Below are positions 29,252 through 38,777 of a DNA stretch of 64,000 bases, in pieces; the first letter of the stretch is position 1, and every line of letters starts with the position of its first letter. The DNA lies in NCBI GenBank assembly GCA_965662235.1, contig CBFIGY010000003.1:1-64000 (forward strand), in the 5' to 3' direction. Below the pieces are notes generated by a model that was not told the origin of the DNA, did not search any database, and saw nothing but the letters and a program-made list of their open reading frames with translations. A program made the position numbers and the translations under genes. This stretch comes from an uncultured bacterium (GTDB taxonomy: Bacteria; SAR324; NAC60-12).

Positions 29252-29800
29252 TCACGCCGCAAAGTGAGCGTCAATGCGCTGGCACAGCTCGGCAAAGACC
29301 TCTTCAGGCCGGAGGGAGGTGGTGTCCACCACAATGTCAAAGTTGGCGTCTTCATGGATGTCCACGCCATAGAGGTTGAGGAAGTTGCGGTGCATGGTGT
29401 CTTCCCGCTGCCGGTTGGCTTCCACCGCCTGCTCCAAGCTTGCGGCGGATTCGGTGGTCCGTTTCGCGGCGAGGATGCGCCGGGCGGCTTCCTCCACGTC
29501 ACACTCCAGCCGGATCTTGAGCGAGTCAGGGACAAAGTGAAACCCGATGTGCGAGTCGAGGACAAAGCGCTCATGCGTGGCCCCGTACTCCCGTTGCTCC
29601 TCGTCCACCTCGTGGTCGATTTCAGGGTGATGCGTGACGTACTCCACCAGGAAGGCCGTGATGTCGGTGTAGCCGTAACGCTGAGCAACCTGCCGCATGA
29701 AGTCGCCCACCGCCTTCACTTCCAAACCGTAGTGATCCGCCAGCAGCTGACGGAGGGTGGATTTTCCGGAGCCTGGTGCTCCAGCCAGTGTAATTTTCAA
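29252..29800 (-). CDS. cmk: Cytidylate kinase, archaeal-type short form
   Basis: ITLAGAPGSGKST P-loop, GDFMR..A...G, EIDHEVD, R....YGVD, D..VDT. Confidence 0.75.
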   Translation of the reverse strand: MKITLAGAPGSGKSTLRQLLADHYGLEVKAVGDFMRQVAQRYGYTDITAFLVEYVTHHPEIDHEVDEEQREYGATHERFVLDSHIGFHFVPDSLKIRLECDVEEAARRILAAKRTTESAASLEQAVEANRQREDTMHRNFLNLYGVDIHEDANFDIVVDTTSLRPEEVFAELCQRIDAHFAA

Positions 29801-29818
29801 AACGCCCCCTGATGTGGT

Positions 29819-30694
29819 CTACTCGATGTTCTGTAACTGCTCTCGGATCTTCTCAAGCTCGCTCTTGATCTCCACCGTTGCTCGGCTGATACCAGCGTGT
29901 CCGGACTTGGAGGCCATGGTGTTGACCTCCCGGTTGAGTTCCTGCAGGAGGAACTCGGACTTCTTCCCTGAATTTGGCTGGGCCAGCAGCTCCTTCATGT
30001 GCTGGACGTGGGTCTCGAAGCGGACCAGCTCTTCGCTGATGTCCACCTTGTCTGCCATCAACGCCACCTCCTGAAGCAACCGTTCCTCCGGCACTCCGCT
30101 TCCCTGAGTGAAGGCGGCCAGGTTCTCTTCCAGACGCTTGTGGTAGAGCGCAGGAATCTCACCGGACCAGCCGGAAACCTCCTGCACCAGCGCCTGGCAG
30201 CGGTCAAGACGGCTGTAGACGTCATCCTGCAACGCCTGCCCTTCTCGCTCCCGCATCTGCTGCATCACCTGCAACGCCTCCTGCAACGCTGCCCGCAGCA
30301 AACCTTCTCCTGCTTCCGGGGAAAGCTCCAGTTGTTTCTGCTCAAGCAGTCCCGGAACCTGGGTCAGGTCCCGCAGGCTCAGGGCAACGGTGCGTCCCGT
30401 CTGCTGCTCAAAGGTGTTCAGGGCCTGGTTCAGCTGCTGGGCGGCGTCCGGATTGATGGTCCACTGTTCCTCGGTTCCACCGGCGCCTTCCAGCTTGAGC
30501 GAGCACTCCACCTTGCCCCGGGCACACACCTGCTTGATCTGCTCCCGGAACTCTCCTTCTAGGCTCTGGAAGCCGTTGGGAAGGCGGACCCGGAGGTCTA
30601 GGAAGCGTTGGTTGACAGAACGGACTTCAGCAAAACAAGCCCAGCCATTCTGTTCAAGGCTGGCAGAGCCAAAGCCGGTCATGGAAACGGTCAT
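29819..30694 (-). CDS. YicC/YloC family endoribonuclease
   Basis: SMTGFG, EVRSVNQRFLD, RGKVE, QELNREVNT..SK, EKIREQLQNIE. Confidence 0.93.
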   Translation of the reverse strand: MTVSMTGFGSASLEQNGWACFAEVRSVNQRFLDLRVRLPNGFQSLEGEFREQIKQVCARGKVECSLKLEGAGGTEEQWTINPDAAQQLNQALNTFEQQTGRTVALSLRDLTQVPGLLEQKQLELSPEAGEGLLRAALQEALQVMQQMREREGQALQDDVYSRLDRCQALVQEVSGWSGEIPALYHKRLEENLAAFTQGSGVPEERLLQEVALMADKVDISEELVRFETHVQHMKELLAQPNSGKKSEFLLQELNREVNTMASKSGHAGISRATVEIKSELEKIREQLQNIE

Positions 30695-30734
30695 CGGGAG
30701 CCTTCTACAAAAAGGAACAAGAGGAACATTGACA

Positions 30735-31265
30735 ATGGGGGGACACTTCTCTAAGTTTTTGAAACGACTTCGTGATTATATTGGGGGACAGCTCATGAAA
30801 GCACTTCTCAGGTACCTGACCCGCCTGTTTCACCAACTCCTGCCCTTTGCCACCCTCCGGGACCTCAAGCGGTACCGACGGGAGTGTGACCAACTGGCAG
30901 AGGAGTACCAGGACGTCCTTTCACGGATCTCCAAGTTCATGGAAACCAATGGGCAGTACCTCAAGGCGGCTCGGGATCCTTCCAGCGAGGACCTGACGCT
31001 GTCTCCGGAAGAGCTGAACACCTTTAACCTCTTCGCGTTGCGCGAGCAGCTGGAGGGCGTCACGCAGCAGTGCGACGTGCTCCTGACGGCTGTTCAGAAC
31101 CATCCCTCGCACTCGAATCAGCATGAGGAGCTCCTCAAGGTGATTCAGCAGCGTCTGCAGGAACTCCGGGACTACTCCGATCAGATTGAGGAGGCGCTTC
31201 GGGATTACGAAACCCGATTGCTGGAACTGGAGGAGGACCGCTCGCAGCGTTACCTGCTGAACTGA
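30735..31265 (+). CDS. Hypothetical coiled-coil protein
   Basis: Helical E/L/Q-rich ORF; start uncertain (30735 or 30795). Confidence 0.55.
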   Translation: MGGHFSKFLKRLRDYIGGQLMKALLRYLTRLFHQLLPFATLRDLKRYRRECDQLAEEYQDVLSRISKFMETNGQYLKAARDPSSEDLTLSPEELNTFNLFALREQLEGVTQQCDVLLTAVQNHPSHSNQHEELLKVIQQRLQELRDYSDQIEEALRDYETRLLELEEDRSQRYLLN

Positions 31266-31281
31266 TCCTCCTCCCTGCCGC

Positions 31282-33162
31282 TCAGGCGTCTTTCAGCTGG
31301 AACGCCGACGCATCGGCAAGCAGGCGGTTGATGCGAGGCAGCATCTCCACCGGATTCTCCAGCAACCCTTCCACCAGCAAGGCATTCAGGTAAAGCTGTT
31401 CCACCGCCTCCGGCAGAAAGTCGTGGCTCTTCTGCTTCTGCAACAGCGTTGACAGGTTCTGCATCACCGGATGCCCCAGGTTGAGCTCCAGGGTCCGTTT
31501 CTGGACCTCGACTTCCTGGTTCATCATCTTCATCATCCGCTCCATCTGCGCACTCATGCCGTCGCGTGAGTCAATCAGGGAGCAGGGGCTGCCCACCAGT
31601 CGCTTGGACTCCACCACATCCTGCACTCGATCCCCAAGCTGCTGCTTGAAGAAGCTCAGGAGGTCATTTTTTTCCTCGCTGGAGAGTTCTGTTTCCGGCT
31701 TCTCCCGGACGTCTTCCATGCCCTCAATGTCAGCCTGCGAGATGCTCTTGAAGGTCTTGCCGTCGTACTCACGTAAGTCGGCCATCACAAACTCGTCGAT
31801 CTGATCCAGCAGGAAGAGGACTTCCAGGCCCTGCTTCTTGAAGTACTCCAGGTTCGGATGGTAGAGCAAGGACTCCCGGGTGCTGCCCAGGGCGTAGTAG
31901 ATTTCCTTCTGCCCGTCCCGCATCCGAGACACGTAGTCCTTGAGCGTCACCGTCGGCTCCGCATCGTCACAGATCGTGGAGTTGAAGCGGAGCAGGTCCA
32001 TGAGCTTCTCCCGGTTGCCATAGTCCTGTGCCGCGCCTTCCTTGAGCAAGCTGCCGTAGGCTTTCCAGAGGGAGAGGTAGGTTTCAGTGTGCTGATCAGC
32101 CAGGGTCTGCAGCTCCTTGAGCACACGGGACGTGAGGCTCTTCTTGATGCGTTCAATGAGCGCGTTCTGCTGCACCGACTCCCGGGAGACGTTCAGGGGC
32201 AGGTCTTCTGAGTCCACCACCCCTTGCACAAACCGGAGGTACGGCGGAAGCAGGTTCTTGTTGTCAGGCTGAATGAGGACCTTCTGCGCATACAGCGCAA
32301 TGCCGCGGCTGTCCCGGGCATAGAGGATCTCATTGGAAACCTTCTTAGGAAAGAACAGCAGGGCGTGGAACTGCAGCGGCGCGTCAATTGAGAAGTGCAG
32401 GGTGTGCAACGGCCCTTCGGTCTCATGCGCAATGTGCTTGTAAAACTCTTCGTACTCCTGCTCCTCCACTTGGGAACGTGACTGCGTCCACAGAGCCTTG
32501 ACCTGGTTGAGGACCCGGTCCTTGATCTTCACCGGAAACGGAACGTAGTTGGAGTAACGCTTCACAATGGACTCCATGCGGTACTCGGCACAGAACTCCT
32601 TGGCGTCTTCCTTAAGGAAGAGCTTCACGCGAGTTCCACGTTCCGAAACGTCCATGGGCGTCAGAGTGTAGCTTCCGGAGCCGTCGGAACTCCACATCCA
32701 GCCGTCCTCGCCGTCCTTCCAGGAGCGTGTGACCAGTTCCACCCGGTCCGCCACCATGAACACGGAGTAGAAGCCCACTCCAAACTGCCCAATGAGGTTT
32801 TCCACAGACTGCTGGGTTTCCTGCGCCTGCCGGAGGAACTTGAGGGTTCCGGAACTTGCGATGGTTCCTAGGTTGTCGATCAGCTCCTGCTTGGTCAGGC
32901 CACAGCCGTTGTCGATCACCTCAATCGTGTTCGCCTGGTCATCAAACGTGAGCCGCACTTCCAGAGGCTGGTCGTCCTTCAGAAGCCCCTCTTGCGTCAG
33001 GGCCTCAAACTGGACCTTGCTCAACGCGTCCGAGGCGTTGGAAATGAGCTCCCGCAGGAAGATCTCCCGCTCGGTGTAAAGGGAGTGGACGAGGATGTCG
33101 AGAAGCTTCTGCATCTCGGCTTGATACTGATGGACTTCAGCGCCTTGTTTCTCTTCACTCAT
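31282..33162 (-). CDS. htpG: Molecular chaperone HtpG (Hsp90)
   Basis: IFLRELISNASDA, NLGTIASSG, IGQFGVGFYS, DSEDLPLNVSRE. Confidence 0.97.
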   Translation of the reverse strand: MSEEKQGAEVHQYQAEMQKLLDILVHSLYTEREIFLRELISNASDALSKVQFEALTQEGLLKDDQPLEVRLTFDDQANTIEVIDNGCGLTKQELIDNLGTIASSGTLKFLRQAQETQQSVENLIGQFGVGFYSVFMVADRVELVTRSWKDGEDGWMWSSDGSGSYTLTPMDVSERGTRVKLFLKEDAKEFCAEYRMESIVKRYSNYVPFPVKIKDRVLNQVKALWTQSRSQVEEQEYEEFYKHIAHETEGPLHTLHFSIDAPLQFHALLFFPKKVSNEILYARDSRGIALYAQKVLIQPDNKNLLPPYLRFVQGVVDSEDLPLNVSRESVQQNALIERIKKSLTSRVLKELQTLADQHTETYLSLWKAYGSLLKEGAAQDYGNREKLMDLLRFNSTICDDAEPTVTLKDYVSRMRDGQKEIYYALGSTRESLLYHPNLEYFKKQGLEVLFLLDQIDEFVMADLREYDGKTFKSISQADIEGMEDVREKPETELSSEEKNDLLSFFKQQLGDRVQDVVESKRLVGSPCSLIDSRDGMSAQMERMMKMMNQEVEVQKRTLELNLGHPVMQNLSTLLQKQKSHDFLPEAVEQLYLNALLVEGLLENPVEMLPRINRLLADASAFQLKDA

Positions 33163-33349
33163 GGTCTTGGTTGGCAAATGATGATTCAGGAATTCAGAGA
33201 GAATGACTCGTGAGATTAACCAAATAGTCTAGGGGCTTGAAGCAGAAATGGGAAGAGCTTTTTCTCGGAAGGCGGAGAGGCTTTCAGCTTGTTCCTCCCG
33301 GGGTGCCCACTAAGCTAATGAGCATTTGCACCCCTTGATGGGCAGGCTC

Positions 33350-34120
33350 ATGAACAAAGCAATCATTGGAGGAACCGGGGTCTACGGCAGCGGTGCCCCC
33401 GCCCGGATGGAGACCGTGGCCACGCCGTATGGCGATGTCACCGTGGACGTGGTTTCTGTGCAGGGAGAAGAGGTCGCCTTTCTGGCCCGGCATGGCAAGG
33501 GACACTCGGTGCCCCCTCACCGCATCAACTACCGCGCAAACCTGAAGGCGCTGCAGCAGCTGGGAGTCACCCATGTGCTGGCCACAGCAGCAGTGGGCTC
33601 CCTGAACCCCGCGTTCCGGCCGGGAGACCTGGTGCTCGCCTCCGACTTCATCGACTGGACGCAGGGGCGCCCCCGGACCTTTTTTGACGGCGCCGATGGC
33701 CGGGTCCGGCATGTTGGACTCGAAGAGCCGTACTGTCCGGAACTGCGTCGGCAGCTGACAGCGTCTGGAGCCCGACTGTCGATTCCTCTGGCAGGGTCAG
33801 GTGTGTACCTCTGCACCGAAGGCCCACGCTTTGAAACGCCTGCAGAGATTCGCATGTTCCGGGGGTGGGGAGCCGATCTGGTGGGCATGACCAACGTCCC
33901 CGAGGTCGTTCTCGCCAAGGAGCTGGGTCTCTGCTATGCCGCCATCGGATTAGTGGTCAACATGGCCGCTGGGCTGGAGGATGAGCCCATCACCCTTGAC
34001 GACATCCACGCTGCGTTGGAGCAGTGCCGGGACCGCGCCACACGGCTCTGCCTGGACGCCTTCACGCAGCCGCTCCATCAACAGCACTGTTCCTGTGCAC
34101 ACTCGGTAATGGGACTATGA
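33350..34120 (+). CDS. mtnP: MTAP/PNP-family phosphorylase, probably S-methyl-5'-thioinosine phosphorylase
   Basis: IIGGTG, FLARHG..H..PPH.INYRAN, EGPRFETPAE, GMT..PE..LA.E, VVNMAAG. Confidence 0.85.
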   Translation: MNKAIIGGTGVYGSGAPARMETVATPYGDVTVDVVSVQGEEVAFLARHGKGHSVPPHRINYRANLKALQQLGVTHVLATAAVGSLNPAFRPGDLVLASDFIDWTQGRPRTFFDGADGRVRHVGLEEPYCPELRRQLTASGARLSIPLAGSGVYLCTEGPRFETPAEIRMFRGWGADLVGMTNVPEVVLAKELGLCYAAIGLVVNMAAGLEDEPITLDDIHAALEQCRDRATRLCLDAFTQPLHQQHCSCAHSVMGL

Positions 34121-34461
34121 GCGCCATCACGTTGGAAAGAGGATGGATCCGGCACTTTGATCCGCCGCCGCTGGCCATTTGGGGAGGCGAGGTGCCACTT
34201 CCAGCGAACCTGCACCTTCCGGATCCCTTTCAGGGGCAGCAGGATCACCACTTCCGGGACCGCCGGATCATGCATGGTCTGCTCGAGTGGTGCACCACGG
34301 TGGGCTTCGCCAAGCTGCAGCGCGCTCTGGAAGACGCTCACCCGGTTCCCGGAGACGGACAGACGATTGTGGTCGACAGCCGCAGCTACCGAATTGAGGC
34401 GGGGTTAACGGAGGATTGGGAGTTCCGCATCAGCGCTTGGAGAAAGCTTGACCTCCATTGA
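34117..34461 (+). CDS. Hypothetical protein
   Basis: 114-aa ORF overlapping both neighbours (ATGA junction with the phosphorylase gene). Confidence 0.55.
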   Translation: MSAITLERGWIRHFDPPPLAIWGGEVPLPANLHLPDPFQGQQDHHFRDRRIMHGLLEWCTTVGFAKLQRALEDAHPVPGDGQTIVVDSRSYRIEAGLTEDWEFRISAWRKLDLH

Positions 34462-34930
34462 GTTCCTCGCAGACCACCCGCACCTGGCAGAGCCGCTGGC
34501 CCGTCAGCTTCATGCGGAGTGGGGCGCCCTCTATGCGCCTTACTGGACGGAGGCAGAGGCCATTGCAGAGGCTCAGGACCACGCAAAGCGCCGGTCCGTG
34601 CCCACCACCCTGATCGCCTGTGCCGATTTGGAGTGGCAGGGCTGCATTGCGTTGTTGGAAGATGAGCTGCCCCCGGACTTTCCGGCAGAATACCAACACC
34701 TAGGGCCCTGGCTGGCCAGCCTCTACGTGCGACCCGAGTTCCGGAACCAGGGGCTGGGTCGTCGACTGGTCCGGGCGCTGGAGGCCTTTGCCCAAGAACA
34801 GGGCATTCCGCGGCTTTACCTCTTCACCGAAGGACAGGCCGCCTACTACACTCCGCTGGGATGGACCCTCCATGCGGAGGTGCCGCATCACGGGCACCCC
34901 ACCTTTGTGCTCCAGCGGAACCTGCCTTAA
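34448..34930 (+). CDS. GNAT family N-acetyltransferase
   Basis: PWLASLYVRPEFRNQGLG..L, LYLFT...YY..LGW. Confidence 0.9.
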   Translation: MTSIEFLADHPHLAEPLARQLHAEWGALYAPYWTEAEAIAEAQDHAKRRSVPTTLIACADLEWQGCIALLEDELPPDFPAEYQHLGPWLASLYVRPEFRNQGLGRRLVRALEAFAQEQGIPRLYLFTEGQAAYYTPLGWTLHAEVPHHGHPTFVLQRNLP

Positions 34931-35742
34931 AGCTTCTCGCCGATTCCGTACTTCTGGGGAGCCTTCTCGTAAATCGCTCGGGTTTCAGGAAGCCACTGAC
35001 TGAGGCGCTGCTTCCGGTTTTCGTTGCTGGGGTGCGTGGACATGAACTCGGGACCTCCTCCGCCCCCTGTGGCGCGGGCCATGCGCTCCCACACGCGACT
35101 GGCTTCTGCCGGATCATACCCGGCACGGGCCATGTAAATCTGTCCGTAACGGTCCGCATCGGTCTCATCGTCTCGACTGAACTTGCGCTGAAAGAAGGCC
35201 AGTCCCAGGGCTCCAGCAGCGCCCCCGACCTTTGCCACGGTCTTGCACTGTTCCGTCTGGCAGTAGAGCTCAGAGGCTGCCACCGCCACGCCCACCACAG
35301 CCGCTGTTGCCAGCTGATTTTCAATGGCCTTGGCGTATCCCTTCATTCCATGCCGCCGGGTTGCATGGGCCACTTCGTGCCCAATCACAGCCGCCAGGGC
35401 GCCCTCGGTTTCAAGCACATCTAGAATGCCCGTGTACACCGCCATCTTGCCGCCCGGCATGCACCAGGCGTTCAGCTCCGGACTCTCAATCAGCTCAATT
35501 TCCCAGTTGAAGGGCTCTCCAGACGCCTTCGCAATCCGCATCCCCACCCGCTTCACCAGCGCCACACGACGCTTGTCAGTGGAAAGCTTGGACTCTGCAA
35601 TGACCTGCCGGTAGGACTTTGCCGACTCCTGATTGATGCGAGGCTCGCTCACCATGTCCGGTGCCACGTTCCGGACCACGGCGCCACTGCACCCAATGAT
35701 CAGCCAACTGAGGGCCATCAGCCCCAACACTCGATACCGCAT
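34927..35742 (-). CDS. M48 family metallopeptidase lipoprotein
   Basis: Lipobox IIGC, NAWCMPGG, HEVAH, FSR..E..AD, STHP. Confidence 0.93.
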   Translation of the reverse strand: MRYRVLGLMALSWLIIGCSGAVVRNVAPDMVSEPRINQESAKSYRQVIAESKLSTDKRRVALVKRVGMRIAKASGEPFNWEIELIESPELNAWCMPGGKMAVYTGILDVLETEGALAAVIGHEVAHATRRHGMKGYAKAIENQLATAAVVGVAVAASELYCQTEQCKTVAKVGGAAGALGLAFFQRKFSRDDETDADRYGQIYMARAGYDPAEASRVWERMARATGGGGGPEFMSTHPSNENRKQRLSQWLPETRAIYEKAPQKYGIGEKL

Positions 35743-35904
35743 TGTTGTTCTCAACCGTAAGTGATGAAAGGTTACGTTGGAGGGGAAACCGTATTGAGGC
35801 TAACGGAGGTGCCACAGGACCGCAAGCTGGGGGATGCGTTAGAAAACGACGTGTCTCTTCCAAAACGATCTAAGGATCAGGAACACGGAGCCTTCAGGGA
35901 AGGG

Positions 35905-35991
35905 TGGTGCCCAGAGCGGGAATCGAACCCGCACGGCCTTGCGGCCGAAGGATTTTAAGTCCTTTGCGTCTACCAGTTCCGCCATCCGGGC
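35905..35991 (-). tRNA. tRNA-Leu(UAA)
   Basis: Minus strand GCCCGGATGGCGGAACTGGTAGACGC-AAAGGACTTAAAATCCTT-long variable arm-GCGGGTTCGATTCCCGC-TCTGGGCACCA. Confidence 0.96.
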
Positions 35992-36088
35992 TGAGAGGAG
36001 GATGCATTCTCTTCGGTTTTCCTCTGATTGTCAACTGCCGCCTGCTGGGCCTCGCAGCCCCTGAGCGGGGGCCGGTAGGAGCCGAGTT

Positions 36089-37621
36089 TCAGGAGTCGGA
36101 GGGCTCCTCATTCAGGGAGGCCGGAGGCTGGCACCCCTGAGCACAGCAACGTCCCGGCTGCCGGGAAGTCGGCGTGAGCGGCGGAGCCAAGCCCCGCTCC
36201 ATGAGTTGGGACACCAGCTCGGTTTTTTCCTGAACCGGATAGTTGCGCCAGATCTCCCGCTTCATCGCTTCAGGAGAGCCTCCGCCGTGCAGGGAAATGA
36301 CGGAGTACCACCCGGCTTGATGCGACACCGTCAGGTCCTCCAGAAAGCGAGATAGCGCCACACGACGCTCTGCAGGAACGTCTTCTCGGGCGCCCAGCAC
36401 GTCCAGCAGCGAGGCTCGGGTTTCCGGATTGTGATCCTCTTCAGGTCCAGGCAGCGCCACCACCAGTCCACCGGACACGTAGTGCGCCAGCCGGTGCATG
36501 TCGTAAATCTTGGTCGCCAGCATCAGTTTGCCAATGTTTGCAAACACGGCATCCGGAACCACGTTCCCCGCGGGATCCTCCTTTCCATAAACCGAGGCCG
36601 CCACTCCACAGGCGTAGATGCCTTCTGTGAGGGTGATCAGCTCCACCATCGCCTCCCGGATGTGCCCCTGCCGGTCCGGATCCAGCCCATTGGCTTCGGT
36701 CATCAGAGCTCCGGCGCCGATGAGCAGGTCTCCAAATCCGGCACGGGCTGCAATGCAGGAATGCCGGTGGTGGGTCGCATACGTGGTGGTCAGGAAGCCC
36801 CCCACCTCGGTTTCACCCGCCAGAAACACCCGCTCATGCGGCACAAAGACGTCTTCAAACACGACCACCCCCGTCGACTGTCCATACTTGGAGGAAAACT
36901 TCGCGCCAGCTTCTCCGGGACGTCCTGCAGGCTTGGCGATGATCGTCACTCCGGGGGCGTCCACAGGCACCGCACAGCAGACGGCACAGTCGGCATCCTC
37001 TGGAACATGCGTCCGGCAGGGCATCACCAGAAACTCGTGCATGTAGGGCGCACCGGTCACAATCGCCTTGGTGCCTCGGAGGACCACGCCATCTGGGCGT
37101 CGTTCCGTGATGTGAACGTACACATCCGGATTCACCTGTTTGCCGGGACGCAGGGTGCGGTTGCCCTTGGCATCAGTCATTGCCACCCCAAGCGTCAGGT
37201 CCCGGTCCTGAACCTCCTGTAGGTACGCCAGGAAGCGCTGGTGGTACTCCACCCCTGTCTCGGCCTCTGCCCGTCGGGTGGCCTGAAACAGAGCATTCAG
37301 AGCGTCATGAGACAGGTACCGCTGCGCACAGCCTGCCACCTGACACACCAGCCGCACAGCCTCCAGTTTGTCCAGCAGGTCCTGCGTCGTTTCATTCAGG
37401 TGCAGCATCCGGTTGATCACCTTCCCGGTCCGGGCAGGGGTTACCGTCAGCAGCGCCGCCTGTTCCTTGCGGTGCGCGTAGTCGTAGGTCACCCCCACCC
37501 CATTGATTCCGGGACGCAGCAGGGGCTCATCCGCCACACAGGTCACCTGCTGACCATTGACAAACACCCTCGGTTGGTAGGCTCTCAGGGACTCTCGGTA
37601 GTCCTCGGCGGTCATCAACAT
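36089..37621 (-). CDS. 4-hydroxybutyryl-CoA dehydratase / HpaB-family flavoprotein
   Basis: AEDYRESLR, AMTDAKGNR..RP..Q.NPD.Y, RG.KA..TG, VFEDVFVP.ERVF, SLHGGGSPEA; strong SD ggagg. Confidence 0.85.
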   Translation of the reverse strand: MLMTAEDYRESLRAYQPRVFVNGQQVTCVADEPLLRPGINGVGVTYDYAHRKEQAALLTVTPARTGKVINRMLHLNETTQDLLDKLEAVRLVCQVAGCAQRYLSHDALNALFQATRRAEAETGVEYHQRFLAYLQEVQDRDLTLGVAMTDAKGNRTLRPGKQVNPDVYVHITERRPDGVVLRGTKAIVTGAPYMHEFLVMPCRTHVPEDADCAVCCAVPVDAPGVTIIAKPAGRPGEAGAKFSSKYGQSTGVVVFEDVFVPHERVFLAGETEVGGFLTTTYATHHRHSCIAARAGFGDLLIGAGALMTEANGLDPDRQGHIREAMVELITLTEGIYACGVAASVYGKEDPAGNVVPDAVFANIGKLMLATKIYDMHRLAHYVSGGLVVALPGPEEDHNPETRASLLDVLGAREDVPAERRVALSRFLEDLTVSHQAGWYSVISLHGGGSPEAMKREIWRNYPVQEKTELVSQLMERGLAPPLTPTSRQPGRCCAQGCQPPASLNEEPSDS

Positions 37622-37699
37622 GCTTCCTCCATGATCACGGGTCAAAGGGGTTTCAGGCACGGCTCTCGCCGAGAGATTTTTCAGAGAATGCTCGGTTTG

Positions 37700-38434
37700 T
37701 CAAGCGGAGGTACGGGCCGGGTGCGGACGGACACTGAGGAGCAGCAGCGCCGGCAACAGCGGCGCTACCAGCAGGGCTGTTGCAGCCGTGGTGAAGCGGT
37801 AGAAGCCTTCAATCTGACTCAGCGTCCAGCCCCCTTCCGGAGTGGTCAGCACAAATCCCCAGACGGTGCACGCAAGCACCAGGACGTAGCACCCCTTGAA
37901 GGCATGGGCCTGCGGCAACAGCAGGCGCGCCAGCAGAAAGAGCAGCCCAATGGCCCACGACAGCACCACCCCTCCGAGGCCGCTGAGCAGCAGCCCCTCT
38001 GTCACTCCCTGAAGCCCGGTCAGCGGCCACTGCATCCAGTGCGAGTCCGGGAACACCTCGGTGCCAATCCACGATCCCAGAAGCGCCAGCACGTACACCA
38101 GCCCCAAACGTTTGACCGGGAAGCCATCCAGCGACCGGAAGCACTCTGCCAGGAAGCCCCACTCGGTTGGCTCCTGAACCGTGGTCGGCGCCGGCGTCGC
38201 AGGAGGCTTGAAGACCAGCCCCTTGGCATGCTGCTGCGCCTGCTCATACGCTTCTTGCAGCCTCAGAAACTCCTGGGTCCGGGCTTCCTTATGCGCCTCA
38301 TCTTGCTCTGTGTCCGGATGCTGCTGCTTGGCTTGCCGGAGGTAGGCGGTCCGGATGGTCCCCAGGTCTCGGGTTCGGGAAATTCCCAGAACCGTCCAGC
38401 AGTCCGAAACAGGAGGGGCCGACATGAATGCCAT
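37700..38434 (-). CDS. J-domain (DnaJ-like) membrane protein
   Basis: VLGI...IRTAY...AK..HPD...FLRLQEAYE followed by about 4 TM helices. Confidence 0.8.
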   Translation of the reverse strand: MAFMSAPPVSDCWTVLGISRTRDLGTIRTAYLRQAKQQHPDTEQDEAHKEARTQEFLRLQEAYEQAQQHAKGLVFKPPATPAPTTVQEPTEWGFLAECFRSLDGFPVKRLGLVYVLALLGSWIGTEVFPDSHWMQWPLTGLQGVTEGLLLSGLGGVVLSWAIGLLFLLARLLLPQAHAFKGCYVLVLACTVWGFVLTTPEGGWTLSQIEGFYRFTTAATALLVAPLLPALLLLSVRPHPARTSA

Positions 38435-38777
38435 CGTCTTCAGGTGATCAGAATCCCTCACGCTGAGGGTCCCTTACCTTAAACCACCCCGAGGGATGCC
38501 AGCAAGTGCTTCGTCGTCGCGCAGGGGCCTCCGGAACCGCCCAAACCGTTTCCTTCAGCCGGTTCTTCTAGGGAAAACGCACCAGTGGTTCACGGCCCTG
38601 CCCCTCTGGCAACACCGGCCTGGGAAGCCGCTCACGCGTGATGCACATGGAAGAAAATAGGCTTCCTGAGGCCCTCTGGAGCGACAGGCTTGTTGCTGAA
38701 GAAGGCGCACAAGATGTCTTGTGCTTCCGGGTGCAATGGGTACGATGGTGGAATTTCCCCTGAGTCCACAAAGGGAC

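Noticed and set aside
33163..33349. CIRCE or sigma32 heat-shock element upstream of htpG
   Set aside because: No TTAGCACTC-N9-GAGTGCTAA and no properly spaced CTTGAA...CCCCAT on the coding strand
29128..35991. Segment between two tRNA genes as a possible genomic island
   Set aside because: It holds housekeeping genes (yicC-family, htpG, kinase), with no integrase, no duplicated tRNA 3' end and no evident compositional shift
37241..38482. Long 413-aa plus-strand ORF, and similar long antisense ORFs such as 49900-50976, 10775-11767 and 18746-19795
   Set aside because: These are shadow ORFs opposite well-supported genes, expected in high-GC DNA, with no recognisable motifs
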